Shown piece by piece: positions 39,601-57,600 of a stretch of 64,000 nucleotides of DNA (position 1 is the stretch's first letter; each line of letters starts with the position of its first letter). Position numbers and translations under genes: made by a program. The notes beneath the pieces were generated by a model. The model worked only from the letters and a program-made list of their open reading frames with translations. It was not told where the DNA came from and made no database searches. The stretch covers positions 26,226,001 to 26,290,000 of the forward strand of contig OZ024747.1 in NCBI GenBank assembly GCA_964016885.1. Direction: 5' to 3'. Source of the DNA: Eledone cirrhosa (Eukaryota).

Positions 39601-42600
39601 AACTACAACAACAACTAGTATTACAACTACAACAACAACTAGTATTACAACTACAACAACAACTAGTATTACAACTACAACAACAACTAGTATTACAACT
39701 ACAACAACAACTATTATTACAACTACAACAACAACTAGTATTACAACTACAACAACAACTAGTATTACAACTACAACAACAACTACTATTACAACTACAA
39801 CAACAACTACTATTACAACTATAACAACAACTAGTATTACAACTACAACAACAACTAGTATTACAACTACAACAACAACTAGTATTACAACTACAACAAC
39901 TACTAGTATTACAACTACAACAACAACTACTATTACAACTACAACAACAACTAGTATTAGCACTACAACAACAACTACTATTACAACTACAACAAGAACT
40001 ATTATTACAACTACAACAACTACTATTACAACTACAACAACAACTAGTATTACAACTATAACAACAACTACTATTACAACTACAACAACAACTACTATTA
40101 CAACTACAACAACAACTAGTATTACAACTACAACAACAACTACTATTACAACTACAACAACAACTACTATTACAACTACAACAACAACTAGTATTACAAC
40201 TACAACAACAACTACTATTACAACTATAACAACAACTACTATTACAACTACAACAACAACTAGTATTACAACTACAACAACAACTAGTATTACAACTATA
40301 ACAACAACTAGTATTACAACTACAACAACAACTAGTATTACAACTATAACAACAACTAGTATTACAACTACAACAACTACTATTACAACTATAACAACAA
40401 TAGTATTACAACTACAACAACAACTAGTATTACAACTACAACAACAACTAGTATTACAACTACAACAACAATTAGTATTACAACTACAACAACAACTAGT
40501 ATTACAACTATAACAACAACTAGTATTACAACTACAACAACAACTAGTATTACAACTACAACAACAACTACTATTACAACTACAACAACAACTAGTATTA
40601 CATCTATAACAACAACTAGTATTACAACTATAACAACAACTAGTATTACAACTGCAACAACAACTAGTATTACAACTACAACAACAACTACTATTACAAC
40701 TATAACAACAACTAGTATTACAACTACAACAACATCTAGTATTACAACTACAACAACAACTAGTATTACAACTACAACAACAACTAGTATTACAACTACA
40801 ACAACAACTAGTATTACAACTACAACAACAACTAGTATTACAACTACAACAACAACTACTATTACAACTACAACAACAACTAGTATTACAACTACAACAA
40901 CAACTAGTATTACAACTACAACAACAACTACTATTACAACTACAACAACAACTACTATTACAACTACAACAACAAATAGTACTACAACTAAAACAACAAC
41001 TACTATTACAACTACAACAACAACTACTATTACAACTACAACAACAACTAGTATTACAACTACAACAACAACTAGTATTACAACTATAACAACAACTACT
41101 ATTACAACTACAACAGCAACTAGTATTACAACTACAACAACAACTAGTATTACAACTACAACAACAACTACAACTACAACTACAACAACAACTAGTATTA
41201 CAACTACAACAACAACTACTATTACAACTACAACAACAACTAGTATTACAACTACAACAGCAACTAGTATTACAACTACAACAACAACTAGTATTACAAT
41301 TACAACAACAAGTACTATTACAACTACAACAACAACTAGTATTACAACTACAACAACAACTAGTATTACAACTACAACAACAACTACTATTACAACTACA
41401 ACAACAACTAGTATTACAACTACAACTACAACTAGTATTACAACTACAACAACAACTAGTATTACAACTACAACAACAACTAGTATTACAACTATAACAA
41501 CAACTAGTATTACAACTATAACAACAACTAGTATTACAACTACAACAACAACTAGTATTACAACTATAACAACAACTACTATTACAACTACAACAACAAC
41601 TACTATTACAACTACAACAACAACTAGTATTACAACTACAACAACAACTACTATTACAACTATAACAACAACTACTATTACAACTACAACAACAACTAGT
41701 ATTACAACTACAACAACAACTAGTATTACAACTACAACAACAACTAGTATTACAACTACAACAACAACTAGTATTACAACTATAACAACAACTAGTATTA
41801 CAACTACAACAACAACTAGTATTACAACTACAACAACAACTACTATTACAACTACAACAACAACTACTATTACAACTACAACAACAACTAGTATTACAAC
41901 TACAACAACAACTACTATTACAACTATAACAACAACTACTATTACAACTACAACAACAACTAGTATTACAACTACAACAACAACTAGTATTACAACTACA
42001 ACAACAACTAGTATTACAACTACAACAACAACTAGTATTACAACTATAACAACAACTAGTATTACAACTACAACAACAACTAGTATTACAACTACAACAA
42101 CAACTAGTATTACAACTACAACAACAACTAGTATTACAACTACAACAACAACTACTATTACAACTACAACAACAACTAGTATTACAACTACAACAACAAC
42201 TAGTATTACAACTACAACAACAACTACTATTACAACTACAACAACAACTAGTATTACAACTACAACAACAACTAGTATTACAACTACAACAACAACTAGT
42301 ATTACAACTACAACAACAACTACTATTACAACTACAACAACAACTAGTATTACAACTACAACAACAACTAGTATTACAACTACAACAACAACTAGTATTA
42401 CAACTACAACAACAACTACTATTACAACTACAACAACAACTAGTATTACAACTACAACAACAACTAGTATTACAACTACAACAACAACTAGTATTACAAC
42501 TACAACAACAACTAGTATTACAACTACAACAACAACTATTATTACAACTACAACAACAACTAGTATTACAACTACAACAACAACTAGTATTACAACTACA

Positions 42601-45600
42601 ACAACAACTACTATTACAACTACAACAACAACTACTATTACAACTATAACAACAACTAGTATTACAACTACAACAACAACTAGTATTACAACTACAACAA
42701 CAACTAGTATTACAACTACAACAACTACTAGTATTACAACTACAACAACAACTACTATTACAACTACAACAACAACTAGTATTAGCACTACAACAACAAC
42801 TACTATTACAACTACAACAAGAACTATTATTACAACTACAACAACTACTATTACAACTACAACAACAACTAGTATTACAACTATAACAACAACTACTATT
42901 ACAACTACAACAACAACTACTATTACAACTACAACAACAACTAGTATTACAACTACAACAACAACTACTATTACAACTACAACAACAACTACTATTACAA
43001 CTACAACAACAACTAGTATTACAACTACAACAACAACTACTATTACAACTATAACAACAACTACTATTACAACTACAACAACAACTAGTATTACAACTAC
43101 AACAACAACTAGTATTACAACTATAACAACAACTAGTATTACAACTACAACAACAACTAGTATTACAACTATAACAACAACTAGTATTACAACTACAACA
43201 ACTACTATTACAACTATAACAACAATAGTATTACAACTACAACAACAACTAGTATTACAACTACAACAACAACTAGTATTACAACTACAACAACAATTAG
43301 TATTACAACTACAACAACAACTAGTATTACAACTATAACAACAACTAGTATTACAACTACAACAACAACTAGTATTACAACTACAACAACAACTACTATT
43401 ACAACTACAACAACAACTAGTATTACATCTATAACAACAACTAGTATTACAACTATAACAACAACTAGTATTACAACTGCAACAACAACTAGTATTACAA
43501 CTACAACAACAACTACTATTACAACTATAACAACAACTAGTATTACAACTACAACAACATCTAGTATTACAACTACAACAACAACTAGTATTACAACTAC
43601 AACAACAACTAGTATTACAACTACAACAACAACTAGTATTACAACTACAACAACAACTAGTATTACAACTACAACAACAACTACTATTACAACTACAACA
43701 ACAACTAGTATTACAACTACAACAACAACTAGTATTACAACTACAACAACAACTACTATTACAACTACAACAACAACTACTATTACAACTACAACAACAA
43801 ATAGTACTACAACTAAAACAACAACTACTATTACAACTACAACAACAACTACTATTACAACTACAACAACAACTAGTATTACAACTACAACAACTACTAT
43901 TACAACTATAACAACAATAGTATTACAACTACAACAACAACTAGTATTACAACTACAACAACAACTAGTATTACAACTACAACAACAATTAGTATTACAA
44001 CTACAACAACAACTAGTATTACAACTATAACAACAACTAGTATTACAACTACAACAACAACTAGTATTACAACTACAACAACAACTACTATTACAACTAC
44101 AACAACAACTAGTATTACATCTATAACAACAACTAGTATTACAACTATAACAACAACTAGTATTACAACTGCAACAACAACTAGTATTACAACTACAACA
44201 ACAACTACTATTACAACTATAACAACAACTAGTATTACAACTACAACAACATCTAGTATTACAACTACAACAACAACTAGTATTACAACTACAACAACAA
44301 CTAGTATTACAACTACAACAACAACTAGTATTACAACTACAACAACAACTAGTATTACAACTACAACAACAACTACTATTACAACTACAACAACAACTAG
44401 TATTACAACTACAACAACAACTAGTATTACAACTACAACAACAACTACTATTACAACTACAACAACAACTACTATTACAACTACAACAACAAATAGTACT
44501 ACAACTAAAACAACAACTACTATTACAACTACAACAACAACTACTATTACAACTACAACAACAACTAGTATTACAACTACAACAACAACTAGTATTACAA
44601 CTATAACAACAACTACTATTACAACTACAACAGCAACTAGTATTACAACTACAACAACAACTAGTATTACAACTACAACAACAACTACAACTACAACTAC
44701 AACAACAACTAGTATTACAACTACAACAACAACTACTATTACAACTACAACAACAACTAGTATTACAACTACAACAGCAACTAGTATTACAACTACAACA
44801 ACAACTAGTATTACAATTACAACAACAAGTACTATTACAACTACAACAACAACTAGTATTACAACTACAACAACAACTAGTATTACAACTACAACAACAA
44901 CTACTATTACAACTACAACAACAACTAGTATTACAACTACAACAACAACTAGTATTACAACTACAACAACAACTAGTATTACAACTACAACAACAACTAG
45001 TATTACAACTATAACAACAACTAGTATTACAACTATAACAACAACTAGTATTACAACTACAACAACAACTAGTATTACAACTATAACAACAACTACTATT
45101 ACAACTACAACAACAACTACTATTACAACTACAACAACAACTAGTATTACAACTACAACAACAACTACTATTACAACTATAACAACAACTACTATTACAA
45201 CTACAACAACAACTAGTATTACAACTACAACAACAACTAGTATTACAACTACAACAACAACTAGTATTACAACTACAACAACAACTAGTATTACAACTAT
45301 AACAACAACTAGTATTACAACTACAACAACAACTAGTATTACAACTACAACAACAACTACTATTACAACTACAACAACAACTACTATTACAACTACAACA
45401 ACAACTAGTATTACAACTACAACAACAACTACTATTACAACTATAACAACAACTACTATTACAACTACAACAACAACTAGTATTACAACTACAACAACAA
45501 CTAGTATTACAACTACAACAACAACTAGTATTACAACTACAACAACAACTAGTATTACAACTATAACAACAACTAGTATTACAACTACAACAACAACTAG

Positions 45601-48600
45601 TATTACAACTACAACAACAACTAGTATTACAACTACAACAACAACTAATATTACAACTACAACAACAACTACTATTACAACTACAACAACAACTAGTATT
45701 ACAACTACAACAACAACTAGTATTACAACTACAACAACAACTACTATTACAACTACAACAACAACTAGTATTACAACTACAACAACAACTAGTATTACAA
45801 CTACAACAACAACTAGTATTACAACTACAACAACAACTACTATTACAACTACAACAACAACTAGTATTACAACTACAACAACAACTAGTATTACAACTAC
45901 AACAACAACTACTATTACAACTACAACAACAACTAGTATTACAACTACAACAACAACTAGTATTACAACTACAACAACAACTAGTATTACAACTACAACA
46001 ACAACTAGTATTACAACTACAACAACAACTATTATTACAACTACAACAACAACTAGTATTACAACTACAACAACAACTAGTATTACAACTACAACAACAA
46101 CTACTATTACAACTACAACAACAACTACTATTACAACTATAACAACAACTAGTATTACAACTACAACAACAACTAGTATTACAACTACAACAACAACTAG
46201 TATTACAACTACAACAACTACTAGTATTACAACTACAACAACAACTACTATTACAACTACAACAACAACTAGTATTAGCACTACAACAACAACTACTATT
46301 ACAACTACAACAAGAACTATTATTACAACTACAACAACTACTATTACAACTACAACAACAACTAGTATTACAACTATAACAACAACTACTATTACAACTA
46401 CAACAACAACTACTATTACAACTACAACAACAACTAGTATTACAACTACAACAACAACTACTATTACAACTACAACAACAACTACTATTACAACTACAAC
46501 AACAACTAGTATTACAACTACAACAACAACTACTATTACAACTATAACAACAACTACTATTACAACTACAACAACAACTAGTATTACAACTACAACAACA
46601 ACTAGTATTACAACTATAACAACAACTAGTATTACAACTACAACAACAACTAGTATTACAACTATAACAACAACTAGTATTACAACTACAACAACTACTA
46701 TTACAACTATAACAACAATAGTATTACAACTACAACAACAACTAGTATTACAACTACAACAACAACTAGTATTACAACTACAACAACAATTAGTATTACA
46801 ACTACAACAACAACTAGTATTACAACTATAACAACAACTAGTATTACAACTACAACAACAACTAGTATTACAACTACAACAACAACTACTATTACAACTA
46901 CAACAACAACTAGTATTACATCTATAACAACAACTAGTATTACAACTATAACAACAACTAGTATTACAACTGCAACAACAACTAGTATTACAACTACAAC
47001 AACAACTACTATTACAACTATAACAACAACTAGTATTACAACTACAACAACATCTAGTATTACAACTACAACAACAACTAGTATTACAACTACAACAACA
47101 ACTAGTATTACAACTACAACAACAACTAGTATTACAACTACAACAACAACTAGTATTACAACTACAACAACAACTACTATTACAACTACAACAACAACTA
47201 GTATTACAACTACAACAACAACTAGTATTACAACTACAACAACAACTACTATTACAACTACAACAACAACTACTATTACAACTACAACAACAAATAGTAC
47301 TACAACTAAAACAACAACTACTATTACAACTACAACAACAACTACTATTACAACTACAACAACAACTAGTATTACAACTACAACAACAACTAGTATTACA
47401 ACTATAACAACAACTACTATTACAACTACAACAGCAACTAGTATTACAACTACAACAACAACTAGTATTACAACTACAACAACAACTACAACTACAACTA
47501 CAACAACAACTAGTATTACAACTACAACAACAACTACTATTACAACTACAACAACAACTAGTATTACAACTACAACAGCAACTAGTATTACAACTACAAC
47601 AACAACTAGTATTACAATTACAACAACAAGTACTATTACAACTACAACAACAACTAGTATTACAACTACAACAACAACTAGTATTACAACTACAACAACA
47701 ACTACTATTACAACTACAACAACAACTAGTATTACAACTACAACAACAACTAGTATTACAACTACAACAACAACTAGTATTACAACTACAACAACAACTA
47801 GTATTACAACTATAACAACAACTAGTATTACAACTATAACAACAACTAGTATTACAACTACAACAACAACTAGTATTACAACTATAACAACAACTACTAT
47901 TACAACTACAACAACAACTACTATTACAACTACAACAACAACTAGTATTACAACTACAACAACAACTACTATTACAACTATAACAACAACTACTATTACA
48001 ACTACAACAACAACTAGTATTACAACTACAACAACAACTAGTATTACAACTACAACAACAACTAGTATTACAACTACAACAACAACTAGTATTACAACTA
48101 TAACAACAACTAGTATTACAACTACAACAACAACTAGTATTACAACTACAACAACAACTACTATTACAACTACAACAACAACTACTATTACAACTACAAC
48201 AACAACTAGTATTAGAACTACAACAACAACTACTATTACAACTATAACAACAACTACTATTACAACTACAACAACAACTAGTATTACAACTACAACAACA
48301 ACTAGTATTACAACTACAACAACAACTAGTATTACAACTACAACAACAACTAGTATTACAACTATAACAACAACTAGTATTACAACTACAACAACAACTA
48401 GTATTACAACTACAACAACAACTAGTATTACAACTACAACAACAACTAGTATTACAACTACAACAACAACTACTATTACAACTACAACAACAACTAGTAT
48501 TACAACTACAACAACAACTAGTATTACAACTACAACAACAACATAGTATTACAACTACAACAACAACTACTATTACAACTACAACAACAACTAGTATTAC

Positions 48601-51600
48601 AACTACAACAACAACTAGTATTACAACTACAACAACAACTAGTATTACAACTACAACAACAACTAGTATTACAACTACAACAACAACTAGTATTACAACT
48701 ACAACAACAACTAGTATTATAACTACAACAACAACTAGTATTACAACTACAACAACAACTAGTATTACAACTACAACAACAACTACTATTACAACTACAA
48801 CAACAACTACTATTACAACTATAACAACAACTAGTATTACAACTACAACAACAACTAGTATTACAACTACAACAACAACTAGTATTACAACTACAACAAC
48901 TACTAGTATTACAACTACAACAACAACTACTATTACAACTACAACAACAACTAGTATTAGCACTACAACAACAACTACTATTACAACTACAACAAGAACT
49001 ATTATTACAACTACAACAACTACTATTACAACTACAACAACAACTAGTATTACAACTATAACAACAACTACTATTACAACTACAACAACAACTACTATTA
49101 CAACTACAACAACAACTAGTATTACAACTACAACAACAACTACTATTACAACTACAACAACAACTACTATTACAACTACAACAACAACTAGTATTACAAC
49201 TACAACAACAACTACTATTACAACTATAACAACAACTACTATTACAACTACAACAACAACTAGTATTACAACTACAACAACAACTAGTATTACAACTACA
49301 ACAACAACTAGTATTACAACTACAACAACAACTAGTATTACAACTACAACAACAACTACTATTACAACTACAACAACAACTAGTATTACAACTACAACAA
49401 CAACTAGTATTACAACTACAACAACAACTAGTATTACAACTATAACAACAACTACTATTACAACTACAACAACAACTAGTATTACAACTATAACAACAAC
49501 TAGTATTACAACTACAACAACAACTAGTATTACAACTACAACATCAACTAGTATTACAACTACAACAACAACTAGTATTACAACTACAAAAACAACTACT
49601 ATTACAACTATAACAACAACTACTATTGCAACTACAACAACAACTAGTATTACAACTACAACAACAACTAGTATTACAACTACAACAACAACTAGTATTA
49701 CAACTACATCAACAACTACTATTACAACTACAACAACAACTACTATTACAATTATAACAACAACTACTATTACAACTATAACAACAACTAGTATTACAAC
49801 TACAACAACAACTAGTATTACAACTACAACAACAACTGGTATTACAACTATAACAACAACTACTATTACAACTACAACAGCAACTAGTATTACAACTACA
49901 ACAACAACTAGTATTACAACTACAAAAACAACTACTATTACAACTATAACAACAACTACTATTACAACTACAACAACAACTAGTATTACAACTACAACAA
50001 CAACTAATATTACAACTACAACAACAACTAGTATTACAACTACAACAACAACTAGTATTACAACTACAACAACAACTACTATTACAACTATAACAACAAC
50101 TAGTATTACAACTACAACAACAACTAGTATTACAACTACAACAACAACTAGTATTACAACTACAACAGCAACTACTATTACAACTACAACAACAACTAGT
50201 ATTACAACTACAACAGCAACTAGTATTACAACTACAACAACAACTAGTATTACAATTACAACAACAACTAATATTACAACTACAACAACTACTAGAATTA
50301 CAACTACAACAACAACTAGTATTACAACTACAACAGCAACTAGTATTACAACTACAACAACAACTAGTATTACAACTACAACAACAACTACTATTACAAC
50401 TACAACAACAACTACTATTACAACTACAACAGCAACTACTGTTACAACTACAACAACAACTAGTATTACAACTACATCAACAACTAGTATTACAACTACA
50501 ACAGCAACTAGTATTACAACTACAACAACAACTACTATTACAACTACAACAACAACTAGTATTACAACTACAACAACAACTACTATTACAACTATAACAA
50601 CAACTACTATTACAACTGCAACAACAACTATTATTACAACTACAACAACAACTAGTATTACAACTACAACAACAACTAGTATTACAACTACAACAACTAC
50701 TACTATTACAACTACAACAACTACTATTACAACTATAACAACAACTACTATTACAACTATAACAACAACTAGTATTACAACTAGAACAACAACTACAACT
50801 ACAACAACAACAGCAACTAGTATTACAACTACAACAACAACTAGTATTACAACTACAACAACAACTACTATTACAACTACAACAACAACTACTATTACAA
50901 CTATAAGAACAACTACTATTACAACTATAACAACAACTACTATTACAACTATAACAACAACTAGTATTACAACTACAACAACAACTAGTATTACAACTAC
51001 AACAGCAACTAGTATTACAACTACAACAACAACTAGTATTACAACTACAACGACAACTAGTATTACAACTACAACAACTACTAGTATTACAACTACAACA
51101 ACAACTAATATTACAACTACAACAACAACTAGTATTACAACTACAACAACTACTATTATTACAACTACAACAACAACTAGTATTACAACTACAACAACAA
51201 CTAGTATTACAACTACAACAACTACTAGTATTACAACTACAACAACAACTACTATTACAACTACAACAACAACTAGTATTAGCACTACAACAACAACTAC
51301 TATTACAACTACAACAAGAACTATTATTACAACTACAACAACTACTATTACAACTACAACAACAACTAGTATTACAACTATAACAACAACTACTATTACA
51401 ACTACAACAACAACTACTATTACAACTACAACAACAACTAGTATTACAACTACAACAACAACTACTATTACAACTACAACAACAACTACTATTACAACTA
51501 CAACAACAACTAGTATTACAACTACAACAACAACTACTATTACAACTATAACAACAACTACTATTACAACTACAACAACAACTAGTATTACAACAACAAC

Positions 51601-54600
51601 AACAACTAGTATTACAACTATAACAACAACTAGTATTACAACTACAACAACAACTAGTATTACAACTATAACAACAACTAGTATTACAACTACAACAACT
51701 ACTATTACAACTATAACAACAATAGTATTACAACTACAACAACAACTAGTATTACAACTACAACAACAACTAGTATTACAACTACAACAACAATTAGTAT
51801 TACAACTACAACAACAACTAGTATTACAACTATAACAACAACTAGTATTACAACTACAACAACAACTAGTATTACAACTACAACAACAACTACTATTACA
51901 ACTACAACAACAACTAGTATTACAACTATAACAACAACTAGTATTACAACTATAACAACAACTAGTATTACAACTGCAACAACAACTAGTATTACAACTA
52001 CAACAACAACTACTATTACAACTATAACAACAACTAGTATTACAACTACAACAACATCTAGTATTACAACTACAACAACAACTAGTATTACAACTACAAC
52101 AACAACTAGTATTACAACTACAACAACAACTAGTATTACAACTACAACAACAACTAGTATTACAACTACAACAACAACTACTATTACAACTACAACAACA
52201 ACTACTATTACAACTACAACAACAAATAGTACTACAACTAAAACAACAACTACTATTACAACTACAACAACAACTACTATTACAACTACAACAACAACTA
52301 GTATTACAACTACAACAACAACTAGTATTACAACTATAACAACAACTACTATTACAACTACAACAGCAACTAGTATTACAACTACAACAACTAGTATTAC
52401 AACTACAACAACAACTACAACTACAACTACAACAACAACTAGTATTACAACTACAACAACAACTACTATTACAACTACAACAACAACTAGTATTACAACT
52501 ACAACAGCAACTAGTATTACAACTACAACAACAACTAGTATTACAATTCCAACAACAAGTACTATTACAACTACAACAACAACTAGTATTACAACTACAA
52601 CAACAACTAGTATTACAACTACAACAACAACTACTATTACAACTACAACAACAACTAGTATTACAACTACAACAACAACTAGTATTACAACTACAACAAC
52701 AACTAGTATTACAACTACAACAACAACTAGTATTACAACTATAACAACAACTAGTATTACAACTATAACAACAACTAGTATTACAACTACAACAACAACT
52801 AGTATTACAACTATAACAACAACTACTATTACAACTACAACAACAACTACTATTACAACTACAACAACAACTAGTATTACAACTACAACAACAACTACTA
52901 TTACAACTATAACAACAACTACTATTACAACTACAACAACAACTAGTATTACAACTACAACAACAACTAGTATTACAACTACAACAACAACTAGTATTAC
53001 AACTACAACAACAACTAGTATTACAACTATAACAACAACTAGTATTACAACTACAACAACAACTAGTATTACAACTACAACAACAACTACTATTACAACT
53101 ACAACAACAACTACTATTACAACTACAACAACAACTAGTATTACAACTACAACAACAACTACTATTACAACTATAACAACAACTACTATTACAACTACAA
53201 CAACAACTAGTATTACAACTACAACAACAACTAGTATTACAACTACAACAACAACTAGTATTACAACTACAACAACAACTAGTATTACAACTACAACAAC
53301 AACTAGTATTACAACTACAACAACAACTACTATTACAACTACAACAACAACTAGTATTACAACTACAACAACAACTAGTATTACAACTACAACAACAACT
53401 AGTATTACAACTACAACAACAACTACTATTACAACTACAACAACAACTAGTATTACAACTACAACAACAACTAGTATTACAACTACAACAACAACTAGTA
53501 TTACAACTACAACAACAACTAGTATTACAACTACAACAACAACTAGTATTACAACTACAACAACAAGTAGTATTATAACTACAACAACAACTAGTATTAC
53601 AACTACAACAACAACTAGTATTACAACTACAACAACAACTACTATTACAACTACAACAACAACTACTATTACAACTATAACAACAACTAGTATTACAACT
53701 ACAACAACAACTAGTATTACAACTACAACAACAACTAGTATTACAACTACAACAACTACTAGTATTACAACTACAACAACAACTACTATTACAACTACAA
53801 CAACAACTAGTATTAGCACTATAACAACAACTACTATTACAACTACAACAAGAACTATTATTACAACTACAACAACTACTATTACAACTACAACAACAAC
53901 TAGTATTACAACTATAACAACAACTACTATTACAACTACAACAACAACTACTATTACAACTACAACAACAACTAGTATTACAACTACAACAACAACTACT
54001 ATTACAACTACAACAACAACTACTATTACAACTACAACAACAACTAGTATTACAACTACAACAACAACTACTATTACAACTATAACAACAACTACTATTA
54101 CAACTACAACAACAACTAGTATTACAACTACAACAACAACTAGTATTACAACTACAACAACAACTAGTATTACAACTACAACAACAACTAGTATTACAAC
54201 TACAACAACAACTAGTATTACAACTACAACAACAACTACTATTACAACTACAACAACAACTAGTATTACAACTACAACAACAACTAGTATTACAACTACA
54301 ACAACAACTAGTATTACAACTATAATAACAACTACTATTACAACTACAACAACAACTAGTATTACAACTATAACAACAACTAGTATTACAACTACAACAA
54401 CAACTAGTATTACAACTACAACATCAACTAGTATTACAACTACAACAACAACTAGTATTACAACTACAAAAACAACTACTATTACAACTATAACAACAAC
54501 TACTATTGCAACTACAACAACAACTAGTATTACAACTACAACAACAACTAGTATTACAACTACAACAACAACTAGTATTACAACTACATCAACAACTACT

Positions 54601-57600
54601 ATTACAACTACAACAACAACTACTATTACAATTATAACAACAACTACTATTACAACTATAACAACAACTAGTATTACAACTACAACAACAACTAGTATTA
54701 CAACTACAACAACAACTGGTATTACAACTATAACAACAACTACTATTACAACTACAACAGCAACTAGTATTACAACTACAACAACAACTAGTATTACAAC
54801 TACAACAACAACTACTATTACAACTATAACAACAACTACTATTACAACTACAACAACAACTAGTATTACAACTACAACAACAACTAATATTACAACTACA
54901 ACAACAACTAGTATTACAACTACAACAACAACTAGTATTACAACTACAACAACAACTACTATTACAACTATAACAACAACTAGTATTACAACTACAACAA
55001 CAACTAATATTACAACTACAACAACAACTAGTATTACAACTACAACAGCAACTACTATTACAACTACAACAACAACTAGTATTACAACTACAACAGCAAC
55101 TAGTATTACAACTACAACAACAACTAGTATTACAATTACAACAACAACTAATATTACAACTACAACAACTACTAGAATTACAACTACAACAACAACTAGT
55201 ATTACAACTACAACAGCAACTAGTATTACAACTACAACAACAACTAGTATTACAACTACAACAACAACTACTATTACAACTACAACAACAACTACTATTA
55301 CAACTACAACAGCATCTACTGTTACAACTACAACAACAACTAGTATTACAACTACATCAACAACTAGTATTACAACTACAACAGCAACTAGTATTACAAC
55401 TACAACAACAACTACTATTACAACTACAACAACAACTAGTATTACAACTACAACAACAACTACTATTACAACTATAACAACAACTACTATTACAACTACA
55501 ACAACAACTATTATTACAACTACAACAACAACTAGTATTACAACTACAACAACAACTAGTATTACAACTACAACAACTACTACTATTACAACTACAACAA
55601 CTACTATTACAACTATAACAACAACTACTATTACAACTATAACAACAACTAGTATTACAACTAGAACAACAACTACAACTACAACAACAACAGCAACTAG
55701 TATTACAACTACAACAACAACTAGTATTACAACTACAACAACAACTAGTATTACAACTACAACAACAACTAGTATTACAACTACAACAACAACTACTATT
55801 ACAACTACAACAACAACTACTATTACAACTATAAGAACAACTACTATTACAACTATAACAACAACTACTATTACAACTATAACAACAACTAGTATTACAA
55901 CTACAACAACAACTAGTATTACAACTACAACAGCAACTAGTATTACAACTACAACAACAACTAGTATTACAACTACAACGACAACTAGTATTACAACTAC
56001 AACAACTACTAGTATTACAACTACAACAACAACTAATATTACAACTACAACAACAACTACTATAACAACTACAACAACTACTATTATTACAACTACAACA
56101 ACAACTAGTATTACAACTACAACAACAACTAGTATTACAACTACAACAACAACTAATATTACAACTACAACAACTACTAGTATTACAACTACAACAACAA
56201 CTAATATTACAACTACAACAACTACTAGTATTACAACTACAACAACAACTAGTATTACAACTACAACAGCAACTAGTATTACAACTACAACAACAACTAA
56301 TATTACAACTACAACAACTACAACAACTACTAGTATTACAACTACAACAACTACTATTACAACCACAACAACAACTAGTATTACAACTACAACAGCAACT
56401 ATTATTACAACTACAACAACAACTAGTATGACAATTACAACAACAAGTACTATTACAACTACAACAACAACTAGTATTACAACTACAACAACAACTACTA
56501 TTACAACTACAACAACAACTAGTATTACAACTATAACAACAACTAGTATTACAACTACAACAACTACTATTACAACCACAACAACAACTAGTATTACAAC
56601 TACAACAGCAACTATTATTACAACTACAACAACAACTAGTATGACAATTACAACAACAAGTACTATTACAACTACAACAACAACTAGTATTACAACTACA
56701 ACAACAACTAGTATTACAACTACAACAACAACTACTATTACAACTACAAAAACAACTAGTATTACAACTACAACAACAACTAGTATTACAACTACAACAA
56801 CAACTAGTATTACAACTACAACAACAACTAGTATTACAACTATAACAACAACTAGTATTACAACTACAACAACAACTACTATTACAACTACAACAACAAC
56901 TAGTATTACAACTACAACAACAACTACTATTACAACTACGACAACAACTACAACTACAACAACAACAACAACTAGTATTATAACTATAACAACAACTACT
57001 ATTACAACTACAACAACAACTAGTATTACAACTATAACAACAACTAGTATTACAACTACAACAACAACTAGTATTACAACTATAACAACAACTACTATTA
57101 CAACTACAACAACAACTAGTATTACAACTACAACAACAACTAGTATTACAACTACAACAACAACTACTGTTACAACTACAACAACAACTAGTACTACAAC
57201 TAAAACAACAACTACTATTACAACTACAACAAAAAACTACTATTACAACTACAACAACAACTAGTATTACAACTACAACAACAACTAGTATTACAACTAT
57301 AACAACAACTACTATTACAACTACAACAACAACTACTATTACAACTACAACAACAACTAGTATTACAACTACAACAACAACTAGTATTACAACTACAACA
57401 GCAACTAGTATTACAACTACAACAACAACTAGTATTACAACTACAACAACAACTACTATTACAACTACAACAACAACTACTATTACAACTACAACAGCAA
57501 CTACTATTACAACTACAACAACAACTAGTATTACAACTACATCAACAACTAGTATCACAACTACAACAGCAACTAGTATTATAACTACAACAACAACTAC

